Positions 1 through 10,221 of a DNA stretch of 64,000 bases are shown here, piece after piece. The stretch is from contig JALIBN010000008.1 of the NCBI GenBank assembly GCA_030576275.1, positions 3,925 through 67,924 on the forward strand, in the 5' to 3' direction. Origin of the DNA: Pseudomonadota bacterium. Its GTDB lineage: Bacteria > Pseudomonadota > Gammaproteobacteria > Nitrosococcales > Methylophagaceae. Each line of letters starts with the position of its first letter. Positions within the stretch are counted from its first letter, which is position 1. Position numbers and translations under genes: made by a program. The notes under the pieces are model-generated. The model saw only the letters and a list, made by a program, of their open reading frames with translations. It made no database searches and was not told where the DNA came from.

Positions 1-163
1 AGCATGGTTGCAACAACGTGATTTTGTCACTCCTGAAGATATTCAAGATATCGCCTTTGATGTATTACGCCATCGTTTGATTTTATCTTATGAAGCTGAA
101 GCAGAAGGTATTACCACTGGTCGTGTTATTAAAGAATTAATTGCCCGTGTTGCCGTTCCTTAA
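1..163 (+). CDS. MoxR-like AAA+ ATPase, C-terminal end (5' part outside window)
   Basis: Frame 2 is open from the window edge to TAA 161-163. It reads AWLQQRDFVTPEDIQDIAFDVLRHRLILSYEAEAEGITTGRVIKELIARVAVP, which is MoxR C-terminus-like. DUF58 and Bat genes follow, as in MoxR operons. Confidence 0.6.
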   Translation, partial: AWLQQRDFVTPEDIQDIAFDVLRHRLILSYEAEAEGITTGRVIKELIARVAVP

Positions 164-178
164 GCAGGATAATCAAAG

Positions 179-1072
179 GTGAACTCTGCGCTACAAACTA
201 ATACTGACCTAGTTTCGATTCGGTTAAACACACTGATTGATCTGGCCAAATCAATCTCCATGTTAAAACTACGTCGTCATCAAATAAAAGCTGGCCAAAA
301 CGGTGAGTATGTATCTCGATTTAAAGGCCGCGGCATGGAGTTTGATGAAACTCGCATCTATCAAGCCGGCGATGATATCCGAAGTATCGATTGGCGAGTA
401 ACAGCACGTAGCGACAAGACGCATACCAAGGTTTATCGAGAAGAGCGCGAGCGTCCGGTGTTTATTTCGGTGGATTATCGCCCCGCCATGGCCTTTGCAA
501 CGCGCGGTGTTTTTAAGTCGGTTCAGGCGGCAAAAATAGCAGGCTTGTTAGCATGGTTGGCTCAAGCCAATGGCGATAGAATTGGTGGCCAAATATTTAA
601 TGAACACGGCTGTCAGGAAATCAAACCCAAAGGCGGCAAGCATGCAGTGTTACACTTTTTAAATGCTTTAGTGAAACCTGATTGTGCAAATGATGCCAAC
701 GTGTCATTGGAAGGCGTATTAACTAGGCTTATTCAACACACTCGGCCAGGTAGTTTAGTGTATGTGATCAGTGATTTTCGAGGTTTGACTGATACGGCTG
801 AATTGCATCTATCAAAATTAGGTCGTCATTGTGAGGTGGTGCTAATTAACATTTACGATCCACTAGAAAGCCAACTGCCAACTAAAGGCCGCTTTCGCTT
901 TACCGATGCCATACGCGACATCATTGTCGACAGTAGCGATAATCAACGATTAGCGAAATATCAACAACGCTTTCAGCAACAACAACTTCATTTACAAACG
1001 CTAAGTAAAAAATGGCAAATGACCTTGTTGCAATGCAGTACCAAAGATGATCCGCTAGAGGTTATACGCTAA
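179..1072 (+). CDS. DUF58 domain protein (MoxR-associated, vWA-like)
   Basis: 297-aa ORF with a GTG start. The motif YQAGDDIRSIDWRVTARSDKTHTKVYREERE is the DUF58 signature. It lies directly downstream of the MoxR end. Confidence 0.8.
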   Translation: MNSALQTNTDLVSIRLNTLIDLAKSISMLKLRRHQIKAGQNGEYVSRFKGRGMEFDETRIYQAGDDIRSIDWRVTARSDKTHTKVYREERERPVFISVDYRPAMAFATRGVFKSVQAAKIAGLLAWLAQANGDRIGGQIFNEHGCQEIKPKGGKHAVLHFLNALVKPDCANDANVSLEGVLTRLIQHTRPGSLVYVISDFRGLTDTAELHLSKLGRHCEVVLINIYDPLESQLPTKGRFRFTDAIRDIIVDSSDNQRLAKYQQRFQQQQLHLQTLSKKWQMTLLQCSTKDDPLEVIR

Positions 1073-1536
1073 TGGAACAAAGTTTAGCTTTACGGGACAT
1101 TCATTTACCTGAGGCCATTTCTTGGTGGCCACCAGCGATGGGATGGTGGTTATTACTAGTATTAATTCCCCTGCTCGTTTTTGGCGCTTGGTGGTTATAT
1201 AAACGCCTTACCCGTAACACGACAGTCAAAAGTGCTAAACGCCTGCTCGCAACGATCAAAGAGGAGCCCAATACCGATGATTTGCAAAAACTACAACAAC
1301 TCTCAACCTGGTTACGTCGCGTCTCAATCAGTCTCGCACCCCGCCAAAAAAGTGCAGGTTTAACCGGTAGAGCATGGTTAACGTATTTAGATAATGGCGT
1401 TGATGGATCTCCTTTTAGCGAAGGTATTGGGCAATGCTTAGCCGAAGTACAGTTTAGACAATCCGCACCTGATGAGCTGGATATTAATGGCTTAATCACA
1501 CTTTGTGAAACGTGGTTAAAAGGACAGAAACCATGA
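1072..1536 (+). CDS. DUF4381-like small membrane protein
   Basis: The ATG overlaps the upstream stop (TAATG). It has an N-terminal Trp-rich TM segment, WWPPAMGWWLLLVLIPLLVFGAWW. Its position between DUF58 and BatA is typical. Confidence 0.55.
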   Translation: MEQSLALRDIHLPEAISWWPPAMGWWLLLVLIPLLVFGAWWLYKRLTRNTTVKSAKRLLATIKEEPNTDDLQKLQQLSTWLRRVSISLAPRQKSAGLTGRAWLTYLDNGVDGSPFSEGIGQCLAEVQFRQSAPDELDINGLITLCETWLKGQKP

Positions 1537-2525
1537 TTCATTTTGACTGGCCTTGGCTGTTACTTGCCCTCCCATTGCCCTTGTTAGTACGTTGGTTAGT
1601 GCCTTCACAAACACCTGCTGAACAGGCCGCTTTAAAAGTCCCGTTTCTTGATGATTTTGGGAGTGATGAAACCACCAAGGTTTCACCTCAACAGCAATGG
1701 CCATTAATTTTAGCTGCTATCGCTTGGGTATTATTGGTGTCAGCAAGCTGTCGTCCACAATGGTTGGGTGAACCCATTGAACAAGCCATATCAGGTCGAG
1801 ACTTAATGTTAGCGGTCGATGTGTCAGGTAGTATGCAACAAGAAGACTTCATTATTAGTAACCAGCGTGTCGATCGTTTATCAGCTACTAAACGAGTTGC
1901 TACCAACTTTATCGATCGCCGAGTGGGTGATCGTCTGGGTTTAATATTGTTTGGGACCACGGCTTATGTGCAAACACCACTGACCTTTGATCGCCAAACG
2001 GTGGCCACCTTATTAGATGAAGCCTTTATTGGCATCACCGACGATAAACCAGCGACATCGATTGGCGATGCTATTGGTCTCGCTGTAAAACGCATGGAGG
2101 ATCAGCAAGCAAATAGCCATGTACTTATTCTGCTCACCGATGGCGCTAATACGGCAGGTGAAGTGTCACCATTACAAGCGGCTGAGCTAGCGGCAAGTCA
2201 TCAACTGAAAATTTATACGATTGGTATCGGTGCCGATGAAATGATTATTCGAAGCTTATTTGGTGATCAGAAGGTGAATCCATCTAGCGATTTGGATGAA
2301 AAGACATTAACAGCCATCGCAGATAAAACGGGGGGGAAATATTTTCGTGCTAGAAATACCCAAGAACTTGAAAAGATCTATCAATTGCTTGATCAACTAG
2401 AACCAGTAGAAAAAGATAAGCAATACTTTAGGCCGCTGAACGAGCTTTACCCATGGCCTTTGGGGCTCGCTTTGTTGCTCGCGGGGATTATTTCACTTGT
2501 TCGATTAGTGGGGCGCTTAAGATAA
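1533..2525 (+). CDS. batA: vWA-domain membrane protein BatA
   Basis: Start placed at ATG 1533, which makes an ATGA overlap with the upstream stop. It has an N-terminal TM segment, the MIDAS motif AVDVSGSM, and a C-terminal TM segment (LGLALLLAGIISLV). Confidence 0.8.
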   Translation: MIHFDWPWLLLALPLPLLVRWLVPSQTPAEQAALKVPFLDDFGSDETTKVSPQQQWPLILAAIAWVLLVSASCRPQWLGEPIEQAISGRDLMLAVDVSGSMQQEDFIISNQRVDRLSATKRVATNFIDRRVGDRLGLILFGTTAYVQTPLTFDRQTVATLLDEAFIGITDDKPATSIGDAIGLAVKRMEDQQANSHVLILLTDGANTAGEVSPLQAAELAASHQLKIYTIGIGADEMIIRSLFGDQKVNPSSDLDEKTLTAIADKTGGKYFRARNTQELEKIYQLLDQLEPVEKDKQYFRPLNELYPWPLGLALLLAGIISLVRLVGRLR

Positions 2526-2527
2526 TC

Positions 2528-4384
2528 ATGAGTTTTGATGACTTTCATTTTATAAGACCATATTGGTTTCTAGTGCTGTTACCGGCGGCAATATTTATCA
2601 TACTTTCACTTAGAAATAAGCTCGCTTATGGCAACTGGTCAGAAGTATGTGATGACGCTTTACTGCCATTCATTTTGCAAGACAGCGATAAACACCCTAA
2701 GCGACGCTGGTCTTCAATTGCGATGTCAATTGCTAGTCTATTAGCCATTATTGCCTTAGCAGGCCCTACCTGGGAACGCTTGCCAACACCCACTTTTCGT
2801 AATGATGCGGCATTAGTGATTGCACTCGACCTTTCTCGCTCGATGAATGCTACCGATATCAAACCTAGTCGCTTAATTCGGGCGCGTTATAAAATTGCCG
2901 ATATATTGCAACAGCGTAAAGATGGCTTAACCGCCCTGATGGTTTATGCTGGCGATGCATTCACCGTGACACCATTAACTAGCGATAGTGCGACGATCAG
3001 CAACCAACTCAATGCATTAAATACCGACATCATGCCAAGTCAGGGAAGCAATACACTGGCCGCACTCAACCTAGCCGTTGAATTATTACAACAAGGAGGA
3101 CAACAACAGGGTTCAATTTTACTTATTGCTGATGCCATTAATGCTGATTCAGTTGCCCAAGCTAAAGATGTTTTAGGTAACTATAAACTATCTATATTGG
3201 GTATTGGCACGATCGAAGGTGCCCCGATTAAGATGGCAGACGGTGGTTTTTTGAAAGATAGTCAAGGCAATATTGTTGTACCAAGATTAGTCACATCACA
3301 ACTTACATCCCTTGCCCGCACTGGCGGTGGTACTTATCAAACTATCAGTAGCGATGATAGTGATATTAAATCCCTAATAGCCAATACTAATGCTGCCACC
3401 ACACAACAAGCGACGGATGACTCCAAACATTTGGTCGAACAATGGATTGAACAAGGGCCTTGGTTATTGCTAATTTTATTACCATTGGCAGCTTTATACT
3501 TTAGAAAAGGCTTGCTGGTCATTCCCCTGATCGTTTTAATGAATTATCCACAAGATAGCTATGCCTATGAGTGGCAATATTTATGGAAAACACCCGATCA
3601 ACAAGCACAACAGGCATTCAATGAACAGCAATATGGACAAGCAGCCGCTCAGTTTCAATCACCTGAATGGCAAGCCGCGGCGCAATATAAAGCTGAAAAA
3701 TATCAACAAGCCGCTGAGACTTTGCAGCCGCTTGAGCAACACAGCGCTGATATTTATTACAATCAAGCAACTGCTTTAGCTAAAGCAGGTAAATTAGAAC
3801 AGGCTTTGAAAACCTATCAAAAAGCATTGCAGCTTAATCCTGAGCATCAAGATGCGCTTTACAATAAAAACCTTGTCGAAGAGGCTTTGCAAAAAGAGCA
3901 ACAAGATCAAAAGCAGGATAAAGATAAAAACAAGCAACAGTCCGATTCAGCCAAGCAAAAACAAAGCGATGATAAAGACAGTAAGTCGTCAGAACAATCA
4001 GATAATCAACAAGATCAGCAGAATAAACAGTCAGAAGACGCTACTAACGATCAAGCTAGTCAAGATCAGAAAGAACAAAACAATGAACATGATAAAGCTC
4101 AGCAACAAGCAGAAGATGAACAGCAAAAATCTACTGAAGCGGAACAAAAAGATCAAGCCAAGCAAGCTGAATCAGAGCAAGCTTCAAAAAAACAACAAGA
4201 TGCACATAAAGAATCCGCTCAGCGGCAAACTGATCAAAAATCTAATGCTGACAGTGAACAAAAACAAGCACAGGAACAATGGCTCAAACGTATTCCCGAT
4301 GATCCTGCCGGTTTATTAAAACGCAAATTCAAATATCAATACAGTCAAGGTAATCAAAGCACTCAACAGGAAAAAACATGGTAA
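2528..4384 (+). CDS. batB: vWA plus TPR membrane protein (BatB/BatC-like) with low-complexity acidic/Gln-rich tail
   Basis: Start at ATG 2528 (MSFDDFHFIRPYWF). It has TM segments, the MIDAS motif ALDLSRSM, and a TPR-like segment (YYNQATALAKAGKLEQALKTYQKALQLNPEH). A Q/D/K/E-rich tail follows. Confidence 0.8.
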   Translation: MSFDDFHFIRPYWFLVLLPAAIFIILSLRNKLAYGNWSEVCDDALLPFILQDSDKHPKRRWSSIAMSIASLLAIIALAGPTWERLPTPTFRNDAALVIALDLSRSMNATDIKPSRLIRARYKIADILQQRKDGLTALMVYAGDAFTVTPLTSDSATISNQLNALNTDIMPSQGSNTLAALNLAVELLQQGGQQQGSILLIADAINADSVAQAKDVLGNYKLSILGIGTIEGAPIKMADGGFLKDSQGNIVVPRLVTSQLTSLARTGGGTYQTISSDDSDIKSLIANTNAATTQQATDDSKHLVEQWIEQGPWLLLILLPLAALYFRKGLLVIPLIVLMNYPQDSYAYEWQYLWKTPDQQAQQAFNEQQYGQAAAQFQSPEWQAAAQYKAEKYQQAAETLQPLEQHSADIYYNQATALAKAGKLEQALKTYQKALQLNPEHQDALYNKNLVEEALQKEQQDQKQDKDKNKQQSDSAKQKQSDDKDSKSSEQSDNQQDQQNKQSEDATNDQASQDQKEQNNEHDKAQQQAEDEQQKSTEAEQKDQAKQAESEQASKKQQDAHKESAQRQTDQKSNADSEQKQAQEQWLKRIPDDPAGLLKRKFKYQYSQGNQSTQQEKTW

Positions 4385-6150
4385 ATACGTTTACATCGAC
4401 CATTTTAATAGCCCTTAATAAGGGGCAAGTCGTCAGATCATCTATATCTGTGATGTTGTTATTTATGCTATTTTCAGCGTCAGTCAGTGCCGCTAAAATT
4501 GTCGTAGCTGTTGATAGAACTCCTATTACAATTACTGACTCATTCCAATTAACCTTTTCCACAACAGACTCACCTGATGACGATCCTAACTTTGCTCCGT
4601 TGAAACAAGACTTTGACATTCTTAATCAACAGAAAAGTAGTCAATTATCTTGGTTAAATGGCTCAACTAAAAAAACGATTCGATGGACGTTGAGTGTGAT
4701 GGCAAAACGGAGTGGTAACTTACAAATACCGGCGATTTCTTTCGGCAATGATATGTCTCAACCTTTATCAATAACGGTCATTGAAACAACACCATTGAAT
4801 GCGATATCGGAATATAATGAGTTATTTCTAGAAGTTGAAGCAAGCCCCACTAATGCTTATGTACAGGCGCAAGTTCTGTATACCGTACGCTTGTATCAAA
4901 GGATTAATCTTGCTCAAGCGACACTGTCAGATCCTAAGCTTGATAATGCTGTAGTTGAAAAACTAGGGGAAGATCATCAATACAATACAAAATTAAAAGG
5001 CGTGTCTTATCTGGTAACCGAACGCAAATATGCCATTTTTCCTCAACAAAGTGGTGTAAATACAATTGCGCCTTTAGTGTTAACAGCAGATGTCATCACT
5101 GATGACCCTCGTTCACGTTTTAATAGTTTTTTCAGTAACCAAAACACGCTCACTAAGCGTATTTTATCAAAAGAAATTAACTTAAATTTACAAGCTACAC
5201 CTGCCGGTTTTGAGGGCGATCATTGGTTACCCGCCGAACAACTAGCGTTAAAAGAAACATGGTCAAATGATACTTTACAAGTCAAGGTTGGCGAACCCAT
5301 CACCCGTACCCTAACAATTCTTGCCAAGGGAGCAACGTCAAGTCAGTTACCAGAACTCAGCACGCAACAAGTTACCCAGGAGCTTAAAGTTTATCCTGAT
5401 CAAGCTGTGATTAACGATCAAAAATCTGGCGATGGCATTATTGCCATACGCGAACAAAAAATAGCGTTTATAGCCTCAACAGCCGGTAACTTCATTTTAC
5501 CCACAATCAATGTCCCTTGGTTTAACACTCAAACTCAAGAGATGGAACAGGCCCAACTTCCGGCAGTGACATTAGTCGCAATAGCATCGGAACCAGCAAA
5601 CCCAAGTGTTAAGGCTCCAGCAATACAGTCATCGCAACAACCGCCAGAAATAACGCCAACACCATCTGCTATCGCACCCAGTAATATTTGGTTCTGGGCA
5701 ACACTGGGGTTTGGCATTGCTTGGATGCTCACTTTATTATTTATATTCTGGTCGCGTTTTAACAAACCCCGAATAAAGATAAAATCTACAATGGAAAACA
5801 CTCCCGTTAAACTGAAAGAAATCATCAAAGAACTTAAAATAGCCTGTGCGGAAAACAATCCACAATCCGCCCAACAGGCGCTTATTAAATGGGCAACGTT
5901 CAGCTATAAAATTACCAACTTAGTTGAGCTGAATACCTATTGTGATGCTGCTTTTCAAGCTGAATTAACGAAACTTAATCAGGCTTTATATGGCAAGGAC
6001 AAACTGGCGTGGGATGGTTCAGGATTGTTGCAAGAGGTTGTGGCTAAGCAAACCAAACAATCTTCGTCTAAAAGTGTCGATGAGCCGTTAGTGCCACTCT
6101 ACCCTTCACAACGACAGTCGATCAATAATCGCACCGATGGCGGTGGTTAA
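4378..6150 (+). CDS. batD: BatD-like (oxygen-tolerance family) membrane protein
   Basis: The ATG overlaps the batB stop (ATGGTAA). It has a signal-like segment (MLLFMLFSASVSAAK), a large extracytoplasmic part and a late TM segment (WFWATLGFGIAWMLTLLFIFW). It is the last gene of the Bat operon. An alternative start is at 4453. Confidence 0.7.
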   Translation: MVNTFTSTILIALNKGQVVRSSISVMLLFMLFSASVSAAKIVVAVDRTPITITDSFQLTFSTTDSPDDDPNFAPLKQDFDILNQQKSSQLSWLNGSTKKTIRWTLSVMAKRSGNLQIPAISFGNDMSQPLSITVIETTPLNAISEYNELFLEVEASPTNAYVQAQVLYTVRLYQRINLAQATLSDPKLDNAVVEKLGEDHQYNTKLKGVSYLVTERKYAIFPQQSGVNTIAPLVLTADVITDDPRSRFNSFFSNQNTLTKRILSKEINLNLQATPAGFEGDHWLPAEQLALKETWSNDTLQVKVGEPITRTLTILAKGATSSQLPELSTQQVTQELKVYPDQAVINDQKSGDGIIAIREQKIAFIASTAGNFILPTINVPWFNTQTQEMEQAQLPAVTLVAIASEPANPSVKAPAIQSSQQPPEITPTPSAIAPSNIWFWATLGFGIAWMLTLLFIFWSRFNKPRIKIKSTMENTPVKLKEIIKELKIACAENNPQSAQQALIKWATFSYKITNLVELNTYCDAAFQAELTKLNQALYGKDKLAWDGSGLLQEVVAKQTKQSSSKSVDEPLVPLYPSQRQSINNRTDGGG

Positions 6151-7398
6151 ATGGCTTAGATCCGCTGAGCTAATAACATAAGGCGGCATAATATAAATCA
6201 GATTTCTAAAAGGTCGGATCCACACGCCTTGATCGACAATAAATTCTGATAACCAATCCATATATTGATCCATCGGCTGATGTAGCTCAACCACGCCGAT
6301 AGCCCCCTTCACTCTCACTTCTTTTACAATCTCATTAGATTGATATGGCAACAACTCATTTATCAGTTGCTGTTCGATAGCTTTCACTTGGCCTTGCCAA
6401 TCAGATTCCAATAATATGTCTAAGCTTTCACAGGCCACGCGGCAAGCTAATGGATTGCCCATAAATGTGGGGCCATGCATCAATGCTCCGGTGCCATCGG
6501 TCGCGATGCCATTAACCACTTTATCAGTACACATCGTAGCAGCTAGCGTCATATAGCCGCCCGTGAGCGCTTTACCTACACATAAAATATCTGGACAGAT
6601 ATCTGCTTGTTCATAGGCAAATAAACTACCCGTTCGACCAAAACCTGTGGCTATTTCATCAAGAATTAATAAGATATCATATTGATTACACAATGCTCGT
6701 ATTTGACGGAGATATTCAGGACAATAGAAACGCATTCCGCCTGCACCCTGCACTAGAGGCTCAATAATAACGGCGGCTATTTCCTGCTGATTGTCAGTTA
6801 ATAACTGGCGAAATTCAGCAATATCGCTATCTTGCCACTCTTCATCGGTGCGACACGTTGGCGCAGGTGCAAAAAAATGTTTAGGCAATACTTGCTCAAA
6901 CATGCTGTGCATACCATTTTCTGGATCACTAACTGCCATGGCACCAAAGCTATCGCCATGGTAGCCATTACGAACAGTTAATAATCTTTGCTTGCTAGTA
7001 AAACCCTGAGCAAACCAATATTGAATGGCCATTTTAATCGCTACTTCCACCGAAATCGAACCGGAATCAGCTAAAAATACGTACTGCAAAGGTTCTGCAG
7101 TCATGTCGATTAATTTACGCACTAAATCAACCGCAGGCTGATGAGTCAGCCCTCCAAACATCACATGTGACATTTGATCAATCTGATATTTTGCGGCATC
7201 GTTCAGCCGTGGATGATTGTAACCATGAATAGTCGACCACCACGATGACATGCCATCAATAATCTCACGGCCATCTGCTAAGCATAGTCGAACGCCCTCA
7301 GCGGATGCCACTTCATGAATAGATGATGGTTTAACAAGACTACTGTATGGATGCCAAATATGTTGAGCATCAAAGATTAGATTTTTATTGCTTTTCAT
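6106..7398 (-). CDS. bioA: adenosylmethionine-8-amino-7-oxononanoate aminotransferase
   Basis: 430-aa class-III aminotransferase. Motifs: HIWHPYS, SWWSTIHGYNHP and DEIATGFGRTG. The PLP lysine context is GKALTGGY. Confidence 0.9.
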   Translation of the reverse strand: MKSNKNLIFDAQHIWHPYSSLVKPSSIHEVASAEGVRLCLADGREIIDGMSSWWSTIHGYNHPRLNDAAKYQIDQMSHVMFGGLTHQPAVDLVRKLIDMTAEPLQYVFLADSGSISVEVAIKMAIQYWFAQGFTSKQRLLTVRNGYHGDSFGAMAVSDPENGMHSMFEQVLPKHFFAPAPTCRTDEEWQDSDIAEFRQLLTDNQQEIAAVIIEPLVQGAGGMRFYCPEYLRQIRALCNQYDILLILDEIATGFGRTGSLFAYEQADICPDILCVGKALTGGYMTLAATMCTDKVVNGIATDGTGALMHGPTFMGNPLACRVACESLDILLESDWQGQVKAIEQQLINELLPYQSNEIVKEVRVKGAIGVVELHQPMDQYMDWLSEFIVDQGVWIRPFRNLIYIMPPYVISSADLSHLTTAIGAIIDRLSL

Positions 7399-7536
7399 AC
7401 TGATAATTTTAGCAGTGTGTGAGCCGTTAAACGAGATTAATTATTTCAATTATCCCTAACTGTGAACCAATAGGCTTCCCATACTGTGAAAATACTGAGA
7501 GAATGCTGCTTTATGCATCTACTATAGAGTTTAGCG

Positions 7537-9090
7537 ATGAAACGAAATAGACTAATCCCATCATCTAAACAAGCCAATATATTTTCTACAAAACCACGCT
7601 TTGCTAAGCGCAGTCACTTATTAGCACTGTCAGTACTTACGTTTGCAGGCGTATTTATTACAGGCATTGTTTTAGCGACTATCCAACCCGCAGACACAAG
7701 TTTGGAATCTAAAATTATAGATTTGCCTAATTTGTCCGCAGAAATGCAATCAATACCATCGATATCTACTCTCCACAATAAAAAAGAGAATTTGGCCGCG
7801 ATTAGCGCCATTGATACTCCTGTTGCTAATGCTGAAGTTGCTACTACATCTATCGAAAAACATGATATCGAAATTGCGGCAGTTGAACAGCAAGCAATTG
7901 ATGATTTGCAATATACAGTTAAAACCAATAACAAAACTAACGCTAACTCAGAACAGGCATCAACATCTAAATCCGAATTAAATTGGCATGAAGTAACCGT
8001 TAAATCAGGTGATAATCTATCACTTATTTTCCAAAGCGTTGGACTTGGTGCGAGTGATACCCATAACATCACTCAATTGGGAAAAGACATAAAACCATTG
8101 CTTAATCTTAGACCTGGCCAAGTATTAAGGTTCGGTTTTGACAATATGCAAGATCCTAAAACTTTACAGCAACTACAGTTACAACTTAGCGCTATTAAGA
8201 GCTTAGATATTAAACTCACCGCTGAAGGTTATAAGACAAATCTAGTCACTCGTGAAGTTGAAAAACGTCAAACGAATGCGACAGGTACCATTAAAAGCTC
8301 TTTATTTGAAGCCGGTATCGCAGCAAACTTATCTGATAACTTAGTGATGGAGTTAGCTTATGTATTTGGATGGGATATCGATTTTGCTTTAGATCTTCGC
8401 CAAGGTGATAATTTCACCGTAGTTTATGAAGAAGATTATTTGGATGGTAATAAAATTGGTGATGGCGATATTTTAGCCGCAGAATTTACTAATCATGGCA
8501 ATACATATCGTGCAGTTCGTTACAAGGATGACAAAGACTCAAGCCATTACTACACGCCAAATGGTGAGAGCATGCGCAAAGCTTTTAGTCGTACACCCGT
8601 ACATTTTTCTCGTATCAGTTCTAAGTTCAATCCTAACCGAAAACACCCCATTCTAAAGACTAGTCGTCCACATCAAGGAGTGGATTACGCGGCAGCTATC
8701 GGCACACCTATTCTCGCGACTGGTGATGGCAAAGTTGATTTTGTTGGTAATAAAGGTGGTTATGGGCGTACGGTCATCCTATCTCATGCTGGTAAATACA
8801 CCACGTTATATGCACATATGTCTAAGTTTAAAAAAGGTATCAATAGAGGCAGCCGCGTTAAGCAAGGAGACGTGATTGGTTACCTTGGTATGAGTGGCCT
8901 AGCCACAGGCCCGCATTTACATTATGAGTTCCGAATTAATGGTGTTCACCGTAATCCGCTTACGGTTGCCTTACCAAAAGCAGAACCATTACCTAAGAAA
9001 TATCGAAATGATTTTAACCAAAAGTCACTTCCCTTATTAGCTCAACTTAACAATCTTAGCGAAATACGTTTAGCGCTTAACGATAGATAA
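7537..9090 (+). CDS. M23-family murein endopeptidase (MepM/YebA-like) with N-terminal anchor
   Basis: It has an N-terminal TM segment. The C-terminal M23 motifs are HQGVDYAA, GDGKVDF and GPHLHYEF. Confidence 0.85.
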   Translation: MKRNRLIPSSKQANIFSTKPRFAKRSHLLALSVLTFAGVFITGIVLATIQPADTSLESKIIDLPNLSAEMQSIPSISTLHNKKENLAAISAIDTPVANAEVATTSIEKHDIEIAAVEQQAIDDLQYTVKTNNKTNANSEQASTSKSELNWHEVTVKSGDNLSLIFQSVGLGASDTHNITQLGKDIKPLLNLRPGQVLRFGFDNMQDPKTLQQLQLQLSAIKSLDIKLTAEGYKTNLVTREVEKRQTNATGTIKSSLFEAGIAANLSDNLVMELAYVFGWDIDFALDLRQGDNFTVVYEEDYLDGNKIGDGDILAAEFTNHGNTYRAVRYKDDKDSSHYYTPNGESMRKAFSRTPVHFSRISSKFNPNRKHPILKTSRPHQGVDYAAAIGTPILATGDGKVDFVGNKGGYGRTVILSHAGKYTTLYAHMSKFKKGINRGSRVKQGDVIGYLGMSGLATGPHLHYEFRINGVHRNPLTVALPKAEPLPKKYRNDFNQKSLPLLAQLNNLSEIRLALNDR

Positions 9091-9097
9091 AACTCAA

Positions 9098-10210
9098 GTG
9101 AGTTATTTTATTGGGGTAATGTCAGGGACTAGCCTTGATGGAATTGATGTTGCGTTAACATCGCTATCGGAATCAGGCGAATTCCGGCTCGTTGTAGCAG
9201 AAACGTTTCAGTTTCCTGAAACGCTTTATCGGAAACTTCAACTGCTGATAGTTAATCAGGCATCTAATCTACAAGATCTTGGTGAAATTGACATTGCTTT
9301 AGGTCAATTAATCGGTTCATCAATCAATACATTACTAGCCGCACAAAAGCTAGATGCCAAAGATGTTACTGCGATAGGTAGTCATGGCCAAACCGTATTT
9401 CATTCTCCCCTTGGAGAATTTCCATTTAGCTTGCAGATTGGCGATGCTAGCCTTATAGCTGAAATCACTGGCATTACGACCATAGCTGACTTTCGCCAGC
9501 GTGACATAGCCGCTGGAGGCCAAGGAGCGCCACTTGTTCCTGCATTCCATCAATCATTATTCAGAACGGTTAATGAAGATAGAGTAATCGTCAATATCGG
9601 TGGTATTAGCAATATTACTTTGCTACCGGCCTCATCAGATGGATCTGTTATTGGTTTTGATACTGGACCAGGTAATGTACTTCTTGATTATTGGACTAAA
9701 TTAAAACTGAACAAACCTTACGATCACTCAGGTGAATGGGCGGCTTCAGGAAAATGCAATAATGAAATTCTAAGAACTTTGCTTGACGAGGCTTACTTTA
9801 AACAAGCCATTCCTAAAAGTACGGGGCGTGAATTATTCAACAAGCAATGGTGTGAGACCAAATTAGCTGGCTACAAACAAGAAATTCCCCCTTCTGATAT
9901 CCAAGCAACGCTTACCGAACTAACTGCACAAACTATTGCTAATGATATTTCGACTTATGCCAAGTCTTATAGTTCAGTATTTATATGTGGTGGTGGTGCT
10001 CACAATAATCATCTAATGAACCGGCTACAAGCTTTGCTTAGCGACAAAAAAATTGCTACAACAGCCGCCTTGGGTCTACACCCAGACTGGGTTGAAGCGG
10101 GTGCATTTGCATGGTTAGCCTATAGAACGATTAACAACAAAACCGGCAACTTACCTTCTGTTACTGGTGCCAAGCACCCAGTAGTACTGGGTGCTATTTA
10201 CCTCGCCTGA
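9098..10210 (+). CDS. anmK: anhydro-N-acetylmuramic acid kinase
   Basis: GTG start. The N-terminus YFIGVMSGTSLDGIDVAL and the motif GGGAHN are typical of AnmK. Confidence 0.9.
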   Translation: MSYFIGVMSGTSLDGIDVALTSLSESGEFRLVVAETFQFPETLYRKLQLLIVNQASNLQDLGEIDIALGQLIGSSINTLLAAQKLDAKDVTAIGSHGQTVFHSPLGEFPFSLQIGDASLIAEITGITTIADFRQRDIAAGGQGAPLVPAFHQSLFRTVNEDRVIVNIGGISNITLLPASSDGSVIGFDTGPGNVLLDYWTKLKLNKPYDHSGEWAASGKCNNEILRTLLDEAYFKQAIPKSTGRELFNKQWCETKLAGYKQEIPPSDIQATLTELTAQTIANDISTYAKSYSSVFICGGGAHNNHLMNRLQALLSDKKIATTAALGLHPDWVEAGAFAWLAYRTINNKTGNLPSVTGAKHPVVLGAIYLA

Positions 10211-10221
10211 TCTAATTATAT

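Noticed and set aside
1101-1541. 146-aa antisense ORF opposite the DUF4381 gene. Other antisense ORFs in the track are similar, for example 7614-8072, 12215-12589, 30194-30580, 39977-40366 and 58222-58572.
   Set aside because: Each lies entirely inside a well-supported gene on the other strand and has no motif of its own.
3852-4319. 155-aa K/N/I-rich ORF in an alternative frame of batB.
   Set aside because: It is produced by the A-rich low-complexity DNA that encodes the BatB tail, and it lies wholly inside a well-supported gene.
7461-7502. TGTGAACC upstream of bioA, resembling a BirA (bioO) half-site, with TGTGAAAA 34 nt downstream.
   Set aside because: The second element is a direct copy, not the inverted GGTTxACA half-site that a BirA operator requires.
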